Below are positions 39,358 to 47,997 of a stretch of DNA of 64,000 bases, in pieces. The stretch comes from an uncultured Chloroflexia bacterium. Lineage in GTDB: Bacteria; Chloroflexota; Limnocylindria; Limnocylindrales; CSP1-4. The stretch's first letter is position 1, and every line of letters begins with the position of its first letter. The notes beneath the pieces were generated by a model. The model was not told the origin of the DNA. It did no database searches and saw only the letters and a program-made list of their open reading frames with translations. The translations under genes and the position numbers were made by a program. The stretch is from the NCBI GenBank assembly GCA_963727055.1, contig CAVSEN010000002.1:736199-800198 (forward strand), in the 5' to 3' direction.

Positions 39358-39815
39358 CCGACGAGTTCAGCGGGACCGTCGCCCTGACGACGTCACCCGA
39401 GGCTACCTGGGCCGTGATGGAGGATCCGGCCGCCCTCGGCCGGGCCCTGCCCGATTGCGAGTCGATCGTGCCCGACGGCAGCGGCGGGCTGAACGTCGTC
39501 GTCGCGATCAAGCAGATGTTCATGACCGTGCGGGTCGACCTCCATGTGACCTACCACGACCTCGAGCGGCCGCACCGTCTCCGGCTCGAGCTCGACGGCC
39601 GGCCGCGCGGGCTGGGCGGGGCCCTGCGCCTGTCCGTCCCGATCGAGATCAGCCCGACGCCGACTGGCTCCCGGGTCGACTACCGGGCGACGCTCGAGCT
39701 CGAGGGCACGCTCGCGTCGTTCCGCAAGCAGGTTCGCGAGGGGCTCCAGGTCCAGGTCGATCGCCTGGTCCGCAACGTCGAGCGCGAGGCGGCCGCCGGC
39801 CACAGCGGCGCCTGA
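39354..39815 (+). CDS. SRPBCC/CoxG-family protein
   Basis: The TTG start overlaps the ppgK stop. FSGTVALTTSPEATWAVMEDPAALGRALPDCESI is CoxG-like. Confidence 0.6.
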   Translation: MTDEFSGTVALTTSPEATWAVMEDPAALGRALPDCESIVPDGSGGLNVVVAIKQMFMTVRVDLHVTYHDLERPHRLRLELDGRPRGLGGALRLSVPIEISPTPTGSRVDYRATLELEGTLASFRKQVREGLQVQVDRLVRNVEREAAAGHSGA

Positions 39816-39895
39816 TCCGGCGATAGCGCCGACGTATCATCGAGGCCCTGACACGCCCCGGTTTGCGGGCATCCAGCCTAGGCGAGGTTCTCCTC

Positions 39896-41379
39896 ATGAC
39901 CGACCAGCCCGCGACGATCCTGACCCCGGCCAGCGTCCGCATGATCATCGGCGGCGAGCCGGTCGATGCCGCCGACGGCCAGACGTTCGAGGTCACGAAT
40001 CCGGCGACAGGTCTCGTGATCGCGACGGCGCCGCTCGGCGGTCGCGAGGACGTCAACCGCGCGGTGGCCGCGGCCCGGGCGGCGTTCGACGACCCGAAGG
40101 GCTGGTCGAGCTGGTCGGCCAGCAAGCGTGGCCGGACGCTCCAGAAGCTGTCGCGGCCTGGTCAAGGCGAACCTCGAGGAGCTCGCCCGGCTCGAGATCG
40201 CGCAATGGCGGCAAGCCGATCAGCGGCGCTCGGGGCGAGACGCTCGGCGTCAGCCTCGTCTTCGAGTACTACGCCGGCGCGGCGAACAAGGTCTTCGGCC
40301 AGACGATCCCGGTCAGCAAGCCGGGTCTCGACATCACCCTGCGCGAGCCGATCGGGGTGGTCGGCCTGATCGTGCCCTGGAACTTCCCGCTGCTCATGGC
40401 GGCCTGGAAGCTCGGGCCGGCCCTGGCGGCGGGCAACACCTGCATCCTCAAGCCCGCCAGCTACACCCCGCTGACCGCGATCCGGCTCGGCGGAGCTGGC
40501 CCTCGAGGCGGGCTTCCCGCCGGGCGTCCTGAACGTCGTCACCGGCCCGGGCGGAACCGCCGGGGCGAGCATCGCGGCCCACCCCGGGATCGGCAAGGTG
40601 GCCTTCACCGGCGAGACCACGACCGGCCAGGAGATCATGCGGCTGGCCGCCGGCAACGTGAAGAAGATCAGCCTCGAGCTCGGCGGCAAGAGCCCGAACA
40701 TCGTGTATGCCGACGCGGACCTCGACAAGTTCGCCCGCGAATCGCCCTACGCCGTGTTCGACAACAGCGGCCAGGACTGCTGCGCCCGGAGCCGGATCTT
40801 CGTCGAGCGCGCGGCCCATGACCAGGTCGTCGAGGCCTTCGTCGCGGCGACCCGCAACGTCGAAGGTCGGCGACCCCGAGGATGCGGCGACCGAGATGGG
40901 CTCGCTGGTCAGCGCCCGCCAGCGCGACCGCGTGGCCGAGTACATCACGATCGGTCGGGACGAGGGCGCGCAGCTCGTGTGCGGCGGTGACGCGCCCGAC
41001 CGATCCGGGCCTGGCCGGCGGCGCCTTCCTGATGCCGACCGTCTTCGACGGCGTGACGAACGAGATGCGGATCGCCCGCGAGGAGATCTTCGGACCGGTC
41101 GTCTCGATCATCCCGTTCGATACCGAGGAGGAGGCGATCCGGCTGGCGAACGCCACGCCGTACGGGCTGTCCGGCTCGATCTGGAGCCGCGACATCGGCA
41201 AGGCACTGCGCACGGCGCGGGCGATCCAGGCCGGGGTGCTCAGCGTCAACTCGAACAGCTCGGTCCACACCGAGGCGCCGTTCGGCGGCTACAAGATGTC
41301 GGGCATCGGCCGCGAGCTGGGCATGGGCGCGCTCGACCTGTACACCGAGACGAAGAACATCTTCATCGACCTGAGCTGA
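39896..41379 (+). pseudogene. NAD(P)-dependent aldehyde dehydrogenase, five successive +1 frame changes (~40153, ~40197, ~40495, ~40868, ~41010)
   Basis: Blocks in order: MTDQPATILTP...KGWSSWSASKRGRTLQKLS / LVKANLEELARLE / RNGGKPISGARGE...VGLIVPWNFPLLMAAWKLGPALAAGNTCILKPASYTPLTAIRLG / ELALEAGFPPGVLNVVTG...KKISLELGGKSPNIV...GQDCCARSRIFV / KVGDPEDAATEMGSLVS / LAGGAFLMPTVF...EEIFGPVVSIIPF...PYGLSGSIWS. 1484 nt equals 493 codons plus 5. Confidence 0.85.
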
Positions 41380-41384
41380 GGGGG

Positions 41385-41430
41385 GCGGCTCCGGGCTGGG
41401 GCGGCTCCGGGCTGGGGCGGCTCCGGGCCC
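41385..41430. repeat. 16-bp tandem repeat GCGGCTCCGGGCTGGG, about 2.9 copies
   Basis: Starts 6 nt after the aldehyde dehydrogenase stop. Confidence 0.85.
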
Positions 41431-41755
41431 CAGTCCACCGACCCCGGGCTGGTGCCCGGCCGGGTTGCGTCTGACGGGCGTAACGCACCGATATCGGGGT
41501 CCGTTGGTCGCTGCCGTGCGCAGGACGCAACAACGCGACTCGAATTCGGGCGATTTCGGTCGTTCTGGTGCGTCCGAGGCCCCCAATCGACGTGCCGAGC
41601 GCGGGCTTCGTCCGGTACGTGCGCCTGGCGCAACCAGGACGGGCTGGGGGCGAGGCGGCGCGTGGCACGTACCCGCGGACCGGGCTGGGCCGTAGGCGGC
41701 ACGGATCCTGCCCGCGGACCGGGCGACCCAGCCGGGCCGCCAGCGCCCATCGGGC

Positions 41756-42559
41756 TCAGCGCTCGGGTGGCTCCCAGACCAGGTAGTGGTTCAGCTCGCG
41801 GAAGCCGAGCCGGCGGTAGACCGGCAGGCCCATCGGCGATGCCTGGAGCACGACCGCGGGGCAGCCCATCTCGAAGCCCCGGTTTGCCGCGGCCGCCGTC
41901 ACCAGGCCGCCGAGGCCGCGGCGGCGGAGCCCGGGGACCGTCGCGACCCAGCTGATCAGGGCCGCCGGGCCGCGATCGACGAGGGCGGCGGCAGCGGGCT
42001 CGCGGCGCCCATCCGGCCCTTCGACCTCGGCCAGGAATGCCGCCGTGTCCGGGCCGTCGATCGAGCCTGGGTCGCTGAAGACCGAACGGGTCATCGAGCG
42101 TTCGTCCTCGTTCTCGGCGAACCCGTTCACCTCCACCTGGCAGACGCGGGCAAGGTCCGTGCTCGGGTCGGCCCGCACGACGCGCACGCCGGCGGGCGGC
42201 TCGGCAAGGGCGATCGGCGCATCGAGGATCATGCCCACGAGCTCGAAAACGGAGGTCCAGCCGGCGGCCGCGGCCGCAGCCGCCAGCGGGCCATCGGCAT
42301 GGCTGCTCGTCACCAGCGACAGGCCGTGGCCGATCGAGCGGTAGACCTCGATGGCTCGCTCCAGCGCGGCGGCTGGATCGGCGCTGGCGCCCGATGGCAG
42401 GATCGTGTTGACGATCACCGGCGACGGATGCGTCCCGATGATCAGGGTCAGGCCGTCATGCTCGACCACCCGACCGCCGGCGCGGACGGTCGACTCGCGG
42501 CACACAGCCAGGATCGACGCGTCGAGCAGCTCGAGGTCGGCGGCGGCCTCCGGCGTCAC
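41756..42559 (-). CDS. GNAT-family N-acetyltransferase (two-lobed)
   Basis: C-terminal acetyl-CoA motif WVATVPGLRRRGLGGLVTAAAANRGFEMGCPAVVLQASPMGLPVYRRLGF. The GTG start at 42559 was chosen by me. Confidence 0.7.
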   Translation of the reverse strand: MTPEAAADLELLDASILAVCRESTVRAGGRVVEHDGLTLIIGTHPSPVIVNTILPSGASADPAAALERAIEVYRSIGHGLSLVTSSHADGPLAAAAAAAGWTSVFELVGMILDAPIALAEPPAGVRVVRADPSTDLARVCQVEVNGFAENEDERSMTRSVFSDPGSIDGPDTAAFLAEVEGPDGRREPAAAALVDRGPAALISWVATVPGLRRRGLGGLVTAAAANRGFEMGCPAVVLQASPMGLPVYRRLGFRELNHYLVWEPPER

Positions 42560-42564
42560 CCGCC

Positions 42565-43206
42565 TCAACCTTCCCAGTGGCGGCGCTCGCCGACGACGTC
42601 GCCCGGTCGCAGCTCCGGATGACGCCGGCGCAGCCAGTCGCTGAGGGCCCAGTGGCTCGTCTTGAAGGCGATCTCGGGCCACGGGATCGCATCCGGCTCG
42701 AAGGCCCGGATCTCGGTCGCCTCCGGGCTCAGGCGGAACGCGCCACCGGCGATCCGAGCCTCGAACACGAGCACCACGACGGCCGCCTCGAGGCGGGAAT
42801 AGAGTCCGATCACCTCGCCCGGCTCGACCAGCAGGCCGGTCTCCTCGAACGTTTCGCGAATGACCCCCTCGTTGACCGTTTCGTCGATCTCCAGGAACCC
42901 GCCGGGCTGGGCCCAGGCGCCGACCGCCGGTTCGATCCCGCGCCGAATCAGGACGACCTCACCGGCGTCGGTGATCGGCAGCGCGGTGACGACCAGGCGC
43001 GGGTTGACATAGGCGATCCAGCCGCACGACGGACACACGAGCCGGTCCCGGTGGTCGCCGTCGACCGCGCCGAAGACCAGCGCCGTGCCACACCGGCTGC
43101 AGTTGTTGAGGGACGAGGCCATCCACGGCGGCACCCCGCCGCCCGAGGCGATGTCCGTCGAGCGACCGTCCGGGCCGCGATCGCCGGCGTCCAGCGGGTC
43201 GCTCAT
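42565..43206 (-). CDS. NUDIX hydrolase with N-terminal zinc ribbon (NudC-like architecture)
   Basis: CSRCGTAL...CPSCGW. Nudix box: GGFLEIDETVNEGVIRETFEETGL. Confidence 0.8.
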   Translation of the reverse strand: MSDPLDAGDRGPDGRSTDIASGGGVPPWMASSLNNCSRCGTALVFGAVDGDHRDRLVCPSCGWIAYVNPRLVVTALPITDAGEVVLIRRGIEPAVGAWAQPGGFLEIDETVNEGVIRETFEETGLLVEPGEVIGLYSRLEAAVVVLVFEARIAGGAFRLSPEATEIRAFEPDAIPWPEIAFKTSHWALSDWLRRRHPELRPGDVVGERRHWEG

Positions 43207-43688
43207 GCGAGCAGCACGAGGATCGCGACGGCGATCAGCACGGCCCACAGGATTGCCGCGGTGGCGACCCAGGCCAGGCGGAAGAGTCCCTTCGTCCGGT
43301 CGACCGGCATCCATGCCCAGGCCGCCCGCCAGATCCGCACGATCGCGTCGGCGTTGGCCAGCGCCAGCAGCGGCGCCCCGACGATCACGCACAGCTTGAC
43401 CAGCGGCGCACCGAGCGGCAGGCCGAGCTCGAGCCCGCTGATCGCGATGAACCCGGCGACCAGGCCGGGTACGGACAGCAGGACGTACTGCTGCTGGAGC
43501 CGGGTCGGCTGGGTCTCGGGCACGCTCCGCGGCGGCAGGCCGGCCAGGCTGGGCGGCAGCGGGCCGGGCAGCGGCCGGCTCCCGGGACCGACAGCGGCGT
43601 GCGCCGGGCGGCCGCTCGCAGGACCTGCCTCGGGCAGCGCCTGGCGATCGAGGACCGGCATCCCGGGCTCCCAGCGTTCGTCGTCCAT
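43203..43688 (-). CDS. hypothetical membrane protein (Pro-rich N-terminus, 3 TM)
   Basis: ATGA overlap with the NUDIX start. Contains hydrophobic segments. Confidence 0.5.
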   Translation of the reverse strand: MDDERWEPGMPVLDRQALPEAGPASGRPAHAAVGPGSRPLPGPLPPSLAGLPPRSVPETQPTRLQQQYVLLSVPGLVAGFIAISGLELGLPLGAPLVKLCVIVGAPLLALANADAIVRIWRAAWAWMPVDRTKGLFRLAWVATAAILWAVLIAVAILVLLA

Positions 43689-43700
43689 CGCGCCGGCGCC

Positions 43701-44198
43701 CTAACGCCCCCGGTTCGACTCGTCGTCGAGGACGGTCCGGGTCTGCTCCTGCCGGTAGGCGTGGACCCGCGCTCGCAGCTCGGCGTCGCCCAGGGCCAGG
43801 ATCTCGGCGGCCAGGATCGCGGCGTTCTCGGCATTGCCGATCGCCACGGTCGCAACGGGCACGCCGCGCGGCATCTGGACGATCGACAGGAGCGAGTCGA
43901 GCCCGCCCAGGTGCTGGGTCGGGATCGGCACGCCGATCACCGGCAGGATCGTCTTGGCAGCCAGCATCCCGGGCAGGTGGGCCGCGCCTCCGGCGCCGGC
44001 AATGATCACCTCGATCCCCCGCCCCGCGGCCGCCTCGCCGTACTCGTAGAGCAGGTCCGGCGTGCGATGGGCCGACACGACCCGCAGCTCGTTGGCGATG
44101 CCCAGAAAGGTCAGCATCGCCGCAGCCTTCTCGAGGATCGGGAAGTCGGACCGGCTGCCGCCGACGATCCCGACCCGGATCCCGGGTTCGTCGGCCAT
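43701..44198 (-). CDS. purE: 5-(carboxyamino)imidazole ribonucleotide mutase
   Basis: VGIVGGSRSDFPILEKA...VVSAHRTPD...IIAGAGGAAHLPGMLAA. Confidence 0.9.
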   Translation of the reverse strand: MADEPGIRVGIVGGSRSDFPILEKAAAMLTFLGIANELRVVSAHRTPDLLYEYGEAAAGRGIEVIIAGAGGAAHLPGMLAAKTILPVIGVPIPTQHLGGLDSLLSIVQMPRGVPVATVAIGNAENAAILAAEILALGDAELRARVHAYRQEQTRTVLDDESNRGR

Positions 44199-45674
44199 CT
44201 ACTCGCCCTGCGCCTTGGTGAAACCGTCGGCGCCGTTGAAGACGTGGAGCTTCTCGACGTGGGTCCAGCCGGGTTGCCGGGCGGCCACCTGGGCCTGGAG
44301 CGCGAGCAGGTCGCCGTCGAGCGCGGCGCCACCGTCCCGGGTCAGGAACCGGGCCCGGAGCAGGCGCACGCCGTCGGACGACAGGCCGACCGACGGGTAG
44401 ACCTTGGTCCCCCGGCTCTCGATGAAGTGGAGCTCGAACGGGCCACCCGCGACGACCGCCTCGAGCTCCGGGCCGAGGCGCCCGGCCTCGTCGCCCGTCT
44501 CGATGAAAATGTCGAGGCCAACGGCCCGGCGCTCGATCGCGGCGTAGCGCTCCGGGCCGTACGACCAGGCGGCCAGCGGGGCCGGGGCCCGTCCGCCGCG
44601 GGCCGAGCGGCGAGCCTTGAGCGTCGCCGGGCCACGCCCGAGGTTGGCGATCACCGCGTCGGTGAAGCCGGTCGTGGAGGCGGCCGTGTCGACGTCGCCG
44701 CCGGTCTGGCGGACGAGGTCCTGGGTGGTGGCCGTGCCCTCCTCGAGGGTGACCAGGACCGCATCCTCGACCCGATCCGCGGCGGCGCCTTCGCCCAGGT
44801 GGCGGAGCATCATCACCGAGCTCAGGATCAGCGCCGTGGGGTTGATCACGTCCTTGCCGGCGTACTTCGGGGCCGACCCGTGGACCGCCTCGAAGATCGC
44901 GACCGAGTCGCCGTAGTTGCCCGATGAGGCGAAGCCGAGGCCGCCGACCAGGCCGCTGGCCAGGTCGCTGATGATGTCGCCGTTGAGGTTGGTCGTGACC
45001 ACGATGTCGAACTGGTTCGGCTGCTTGGCCAGCTGGTGGGCGACGTTGTCGATGATCAGGTGCTCGGCCCGGATCTCCGGGTACTCCGGCGCGAGCTCCT
45101 CGAAGACCGCCTTGAACAGGCCCTCGGTCATCTTCATGATGTTGGCCTTGGTCGCCGCGGTGACCTTCGAGCGGCCCTCGCGCCGGGCGAGCTCGAAGGC
45201 GTAGCGGATCACCTTCTCGGAGCCCTTCCGGCTGATCACCTTCAGGCACTGGCCGACGTCGGGCGTGACCATGTGCTCGATCCCGGCGTAGAGGTCCTCG
45301 ACGTTCTCCCGGACGATCACCATGTCGACGCCTTCGCCGGCGTAGCGGGTCGGCACGCCGGGCAGCTCACGCGCCGGACGGACATTGGCGTACGTCTCGA
45401 ACAGCTTGCGCAAGGTGACGTTGGCGCTCTTCTCGCCGAAGCCGACCGGGGTCTCGAGCGGTCCCTTGAGGACGACCTTCGTGCGCTCGATCGAGTCGCG
45501 CGTCTCGGCCGGCACGCCCGAGGTGTCGCCCTTCTCGAAGACGCTGGCCCCGGCGGCTGCCTCTTCCCAGTCGATCGAGACCCCGGCCGCCTCGATCACC
45601 CGCACCGCGGAGCGGACGACCTCGGGCCCCACGCCGTCGCCCGGGATCACGGTCACGCGGTGGGCAGCGGGCAT
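44199..45674 (-). CDS. icd: isocitrate dehydrogenase (isocitrate/isopropylmalate dehydrogenase family) with ~140-aa C-terminal extra domain
   Basis: VTVIPGDGVGPEV...VRENVEDLYAG...NLNGDIISDLASGLVGGLG...FEAVHGSAPKYAGKDVINP, followed by an unrelated C-terminal domain. AGGAGA is the RBS. The 635-aa ORF extension upstream is rejected. Confidence 0.8.
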   Translation of the reverse strand: MPAAHRVTVIPGDGVGPEVVRSAVRVIEAAGVSIDWEEAAAGASVFEKGDTSGVPAETRDSIERTKVVLKGPLETPVGFGEKSANVTLRKLFETYANVRPARELPGVPTRYAGEGVDMVIVRENVEDLYAGIEHMVTPDVGQCLKVISRKGSEKVIRYAFELARREGRSKVTAATKANIMKMTEGLFKAVFEELAPEYPEIRAEHLIIDNVAHQLAKQPNQFDIVVTTNLNGDIISDLASGLVGGLGFASSGNYGDSVAIFEAVHGSAPKYAGKDVINPTALILSSVMMLRHLGEGAAADRVEDAVLVTLEEGTATTQDLVRQTGGDVDTAASTTGFTDAVIANLGRGPATLKARRSARGGRAPAPLAAWSYGPERYAAIERRAVGLDIFIETGDEAGRLGPELEAVVAGGPFELHFIESRGTKVYPSVGLSSDGVRLLRARFLTRDGGAALDGDLLALQAQVAARQPGWTHVEKLHVFNGADGFTKAQGE

Positions 45675-45711
45675 CGCTCGATCTCCTGGCAATGGGGGAA
45701 CGCTCCAGGCC

Positions 45712-45770
45712 ATTCTACCCGTGGCGTTTCGGGCGACCCGTGGCGATATCCCGTGGCCGAGGCCCACGGG
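45712..45770 (-). promoter_or_regulatory. candidate icd promoter (TAGAAT) preceded by three direct copies and one inverted copy of CCCGTGGC
   Basis: Plus-strand CCCGTGGC occurs at 45718, 45737 and 45750, with inverted GCCCACGGG at 45762. TAGAAT (minus strand) lies at 45712-45717, about 37 nt upstream of the ATG. Confidence 0.4.
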
Positions 45771-45776
45771 CCTTAC

Positions 45777-45850
45777 CGCCCAGCCGCGCCCAGCCGCGCG
45801 CCCAGCCGCGCGCCCAGCCGCGCCCAGCCGCGCCCAGCCGCGACCAGCCG
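45777..45850. repeat. about 7 tandem copies of CCCAGCCGCG with 10- or 12-bp period
   Basis: Read directly from the sequence. Non-coding, upstream of icd. Confidence 0.85.
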
Positions 45851-46171
45851 CTTTGGGTAGGCCCTGCAACAAACGGAGCGATTCGGCCCTGTTTCTGGGC
45901 CCGGTCCCCGAGCACCGCTCGGACTTCATCTCGACGTAAGCGTCGGACGGGATGAATTGGTTCGCCTGAGCGGCGCCAGTCGCCCGGTCTGAGCCCAAAC
46001 CGCGCCAATCGGGTTCTGGACACCCGATTTGGTGTACGGGATACCCGCCACGCGACCCACCGACGAACCCGTCGCTCAGTCGCCGCTCGGCCGCTCGACC
46101 CACCACCGCCAGCCACCTTCGATCGGCCGGTTCGCCCGACTCGTGACGTGCGGCTCCGTGGTCCTGGGGTG

Positions 46172-47353
46172 TCAGCTCCAGCTGAGCCGGTCGCGGGCCC
46201 GGGTGGCGCGTTCGAGCGCCTCCTCGGGCGTCGACGCGAGGGCCGTCAAATGGCCCATCTTGCGGCGCTCGAAGACCTGGCGCTTGTCGTACAGGTGGAG
46301 GTGGACGGCCGGATCAGCCAGCGCCTCGGCCACGCCGGCCAGGCGCGCGTCCCGTCGTTCGCCGCTGCCCAGCAGGTTGAGCATCGCGGCCGGGCCGTGG
46401 ACCGCGGGATCGCCCAATGGCAGTCCGCAGATCGCCCGGATGTGCTGCTCGAACTGGCTCGTCGTCGCGCCCTCGATCGTCCAGTGGCCGCTGTTGTGGA
46501 CGCGCGGCGCGAGCTCGTTGACGACGAGCAACCCGTCGGGCAGCAGGAACAGCTCGACCGTCAGCATCCCCACGATGTCGAGCGACTCGGCCAGATGGAC
46601 GGCGATTGCCTGGGCCCGCCCGGCCACCTCGGCCGTCACCGGCGCCGGTGCCGGGACGACCGTCTCGAACAGGATCCCGGCATCGTGCCGGTTGCGGCCG
46701 ACCTCGAACGGAACGGCCCGGCCGTCGAGGCCGCGGGCGACGACGACCGACAGCTCGCAGGCGAACTCCAGCTCCCGCTCGAGGAGCAGGCCGGCCGCCT
46801 GTGCCGAGCGCTCGAGGGCACGCCACGCCGGATCGAGATCCTCATGGGTCGCCAGGCGGACCTGGCTCCGGCCGTCGTAGCCGCCGATCGCGGCCTTGAG
46901 CCGCAGCGGCCAGCCAAGCTCGGACGCGGCGGCGTCCAACTGCGCCCGGCTCCGGACCTCCCGACCCGGCGCGACCGCCGCCCCGGCCTCGGCCAGGAAG
47001 CGCCGCTCGGCCAGCCGGTCCTGGGTCACCTCGAGCGCCCGGAGGCTCGGCCGGAGCGGCCGCAGCTCGGCGGCGGCCCGGCCGACGGCCGCAGCCACGT
47101 GCTCCAGCTCGTACGTCACGACGGCGCTTCGCTCGGCCAGCCGGACGGCCGCCGCGACGTCGTCGTAGCCGCCGACGATCACCTCGTCGGCGACCGAGGC
47201 CGAGGGGCAGTCCGGATCCGGATCCATGATCGCGATCCGGTAGCCCATCGCCCGGGCCGCCATCGCGAGCATCCGTCCGAGCTGGCCGCCGCCGATGATC
47301 CCGATCGTGGCCGGCGGCAGGATCGGCGCAGGTCGGTCGGCTGGCGTGCTCAC
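46172..47353 (-). CDS. purK: 5-(carboxyamino)imidazole ribonucleotide synthase
   Basis: IGIIGGGQLGRMLA...ATP-grasp body...ELAPRVHNSGHWT. Confidence 0.9.
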   Translation of the reverse strand: MSTPADRPAPILPPATIGIIGGGQLGRMLAMAARAMGYRIAIMDPDPDCPSASVADEVIVGGYDDVAAAVRLAERSAVVTYELEHVAAAVGRAAAELRPLRPSLRALEVTQDRLAERRFLAEAGAAVAPGREVRSRAQLDAAASELGWPLRLKAAIGGYDGRSQVRLATHEDLDPAWRALERSAQAAGLLLERELEFACELSVVVARGLDGRAVPFEVGRNRHDAGILFETVVPAPAPVTAEVAGRAQAIAVHLAESLDIVGMLTVELFLLPDGLLVVNELAPRVHNSGHWTIEGATTSQFEQHIRAICGLPLGDPAVHGPAAMLNLLGSGERRDARLAGVAEALADPAVHLHLYDKRQVFERRKMGHLTALASTPEEALERATRARDRLSWS

Positions 47354-47409
47354 GTCGGGAGTGTACGGGCGGCGCGCCCGGCATCGACGGGCCCGGCTAT
47401 CGTGTCGCC

Positions 47410-47997
47410 GTGGACCTGACGATCAAGCCCCTGACCGGCGAGACCTGGCCGGCGCTGGCCGCCCTGTTCGAGGAGGGCGGCGACCCGCGCTGGTGCTGGT
47501 GCCAGTTCTGGCGGGGTGGCGGCGGCTTCGAGGGGACGTCGAGTGAGGCCAGGGCCGCGAATCGGGCGCTGCTTCGGGCCGAGGCCGATCGGCCGCTGGC
47601 GCCGGGGCTGGTCGCGCTCACCGGGGATGGCCGGGCCGTGGGCTGGGTCAGCCTCGGGCCGCGCGAGGACTTCGAGCACCTCGAGCGCTCGCGGGTCCGG
47701 CCGCGCCTTGACGACCTGCCGGTCTGGTCGATCGTCTGCTTCGTCGTCGGCAAGCGGGCCCGCCGGCAGGGCGTCGGCGGGCAGCTCCTCGACGGGGCGA
47801 TCGCCTACGCCCGCGAGCATGGGGCGCCGGCCCTCGAGGCCTATCCGGTCGACACGTCGCTGGGCAAGCCGACCGGGCCGACCCTCTACACCGGCACGCT
47901 CTCGACCTTCCTGCGGGCCGGCTTCCGGGTCGAGCGCCAGGTGGAATCGAAGCAGGCGACGGTGGTCCGAGACATCGTCCGGCTCGACCTGCGATGA
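47410..47997 (+). CDS. GNAT-family acetyltransferase
   Basis: FVVGKRARRQGVGGQLLDGAIAYAREHGAPALEAYP. GTG start with TATCGT 6 nt upstream. Confidence 0.7.
   Translation: MDLTIKPLTGETWPALAALFEEGGDPRWCWCQFWRGGGGFEGTSSEARAANRALLRAEADRPLAPGLVALTGDGRAVGWVSLGPREDFEHLERSRVRPRLDDLPVWSIVCFVVGKRARRQGVGGQLLDGAIAYAREHGAPALEAYPVDTSLGKPTGPTLYTGTLSTFLRAGFRVERQVESKQATVVRDIVRLDLR

Noticed and set aside
44199-46106. 140-aa N-terminal extension of icd containing GRAAGRAAGRGWA repeats.
   Set aside because: It is the in-frame translation of the CCCAGCCGCG tandem array. A good RBS and an ATG at 45674 give a normal ICDH N-terminus.
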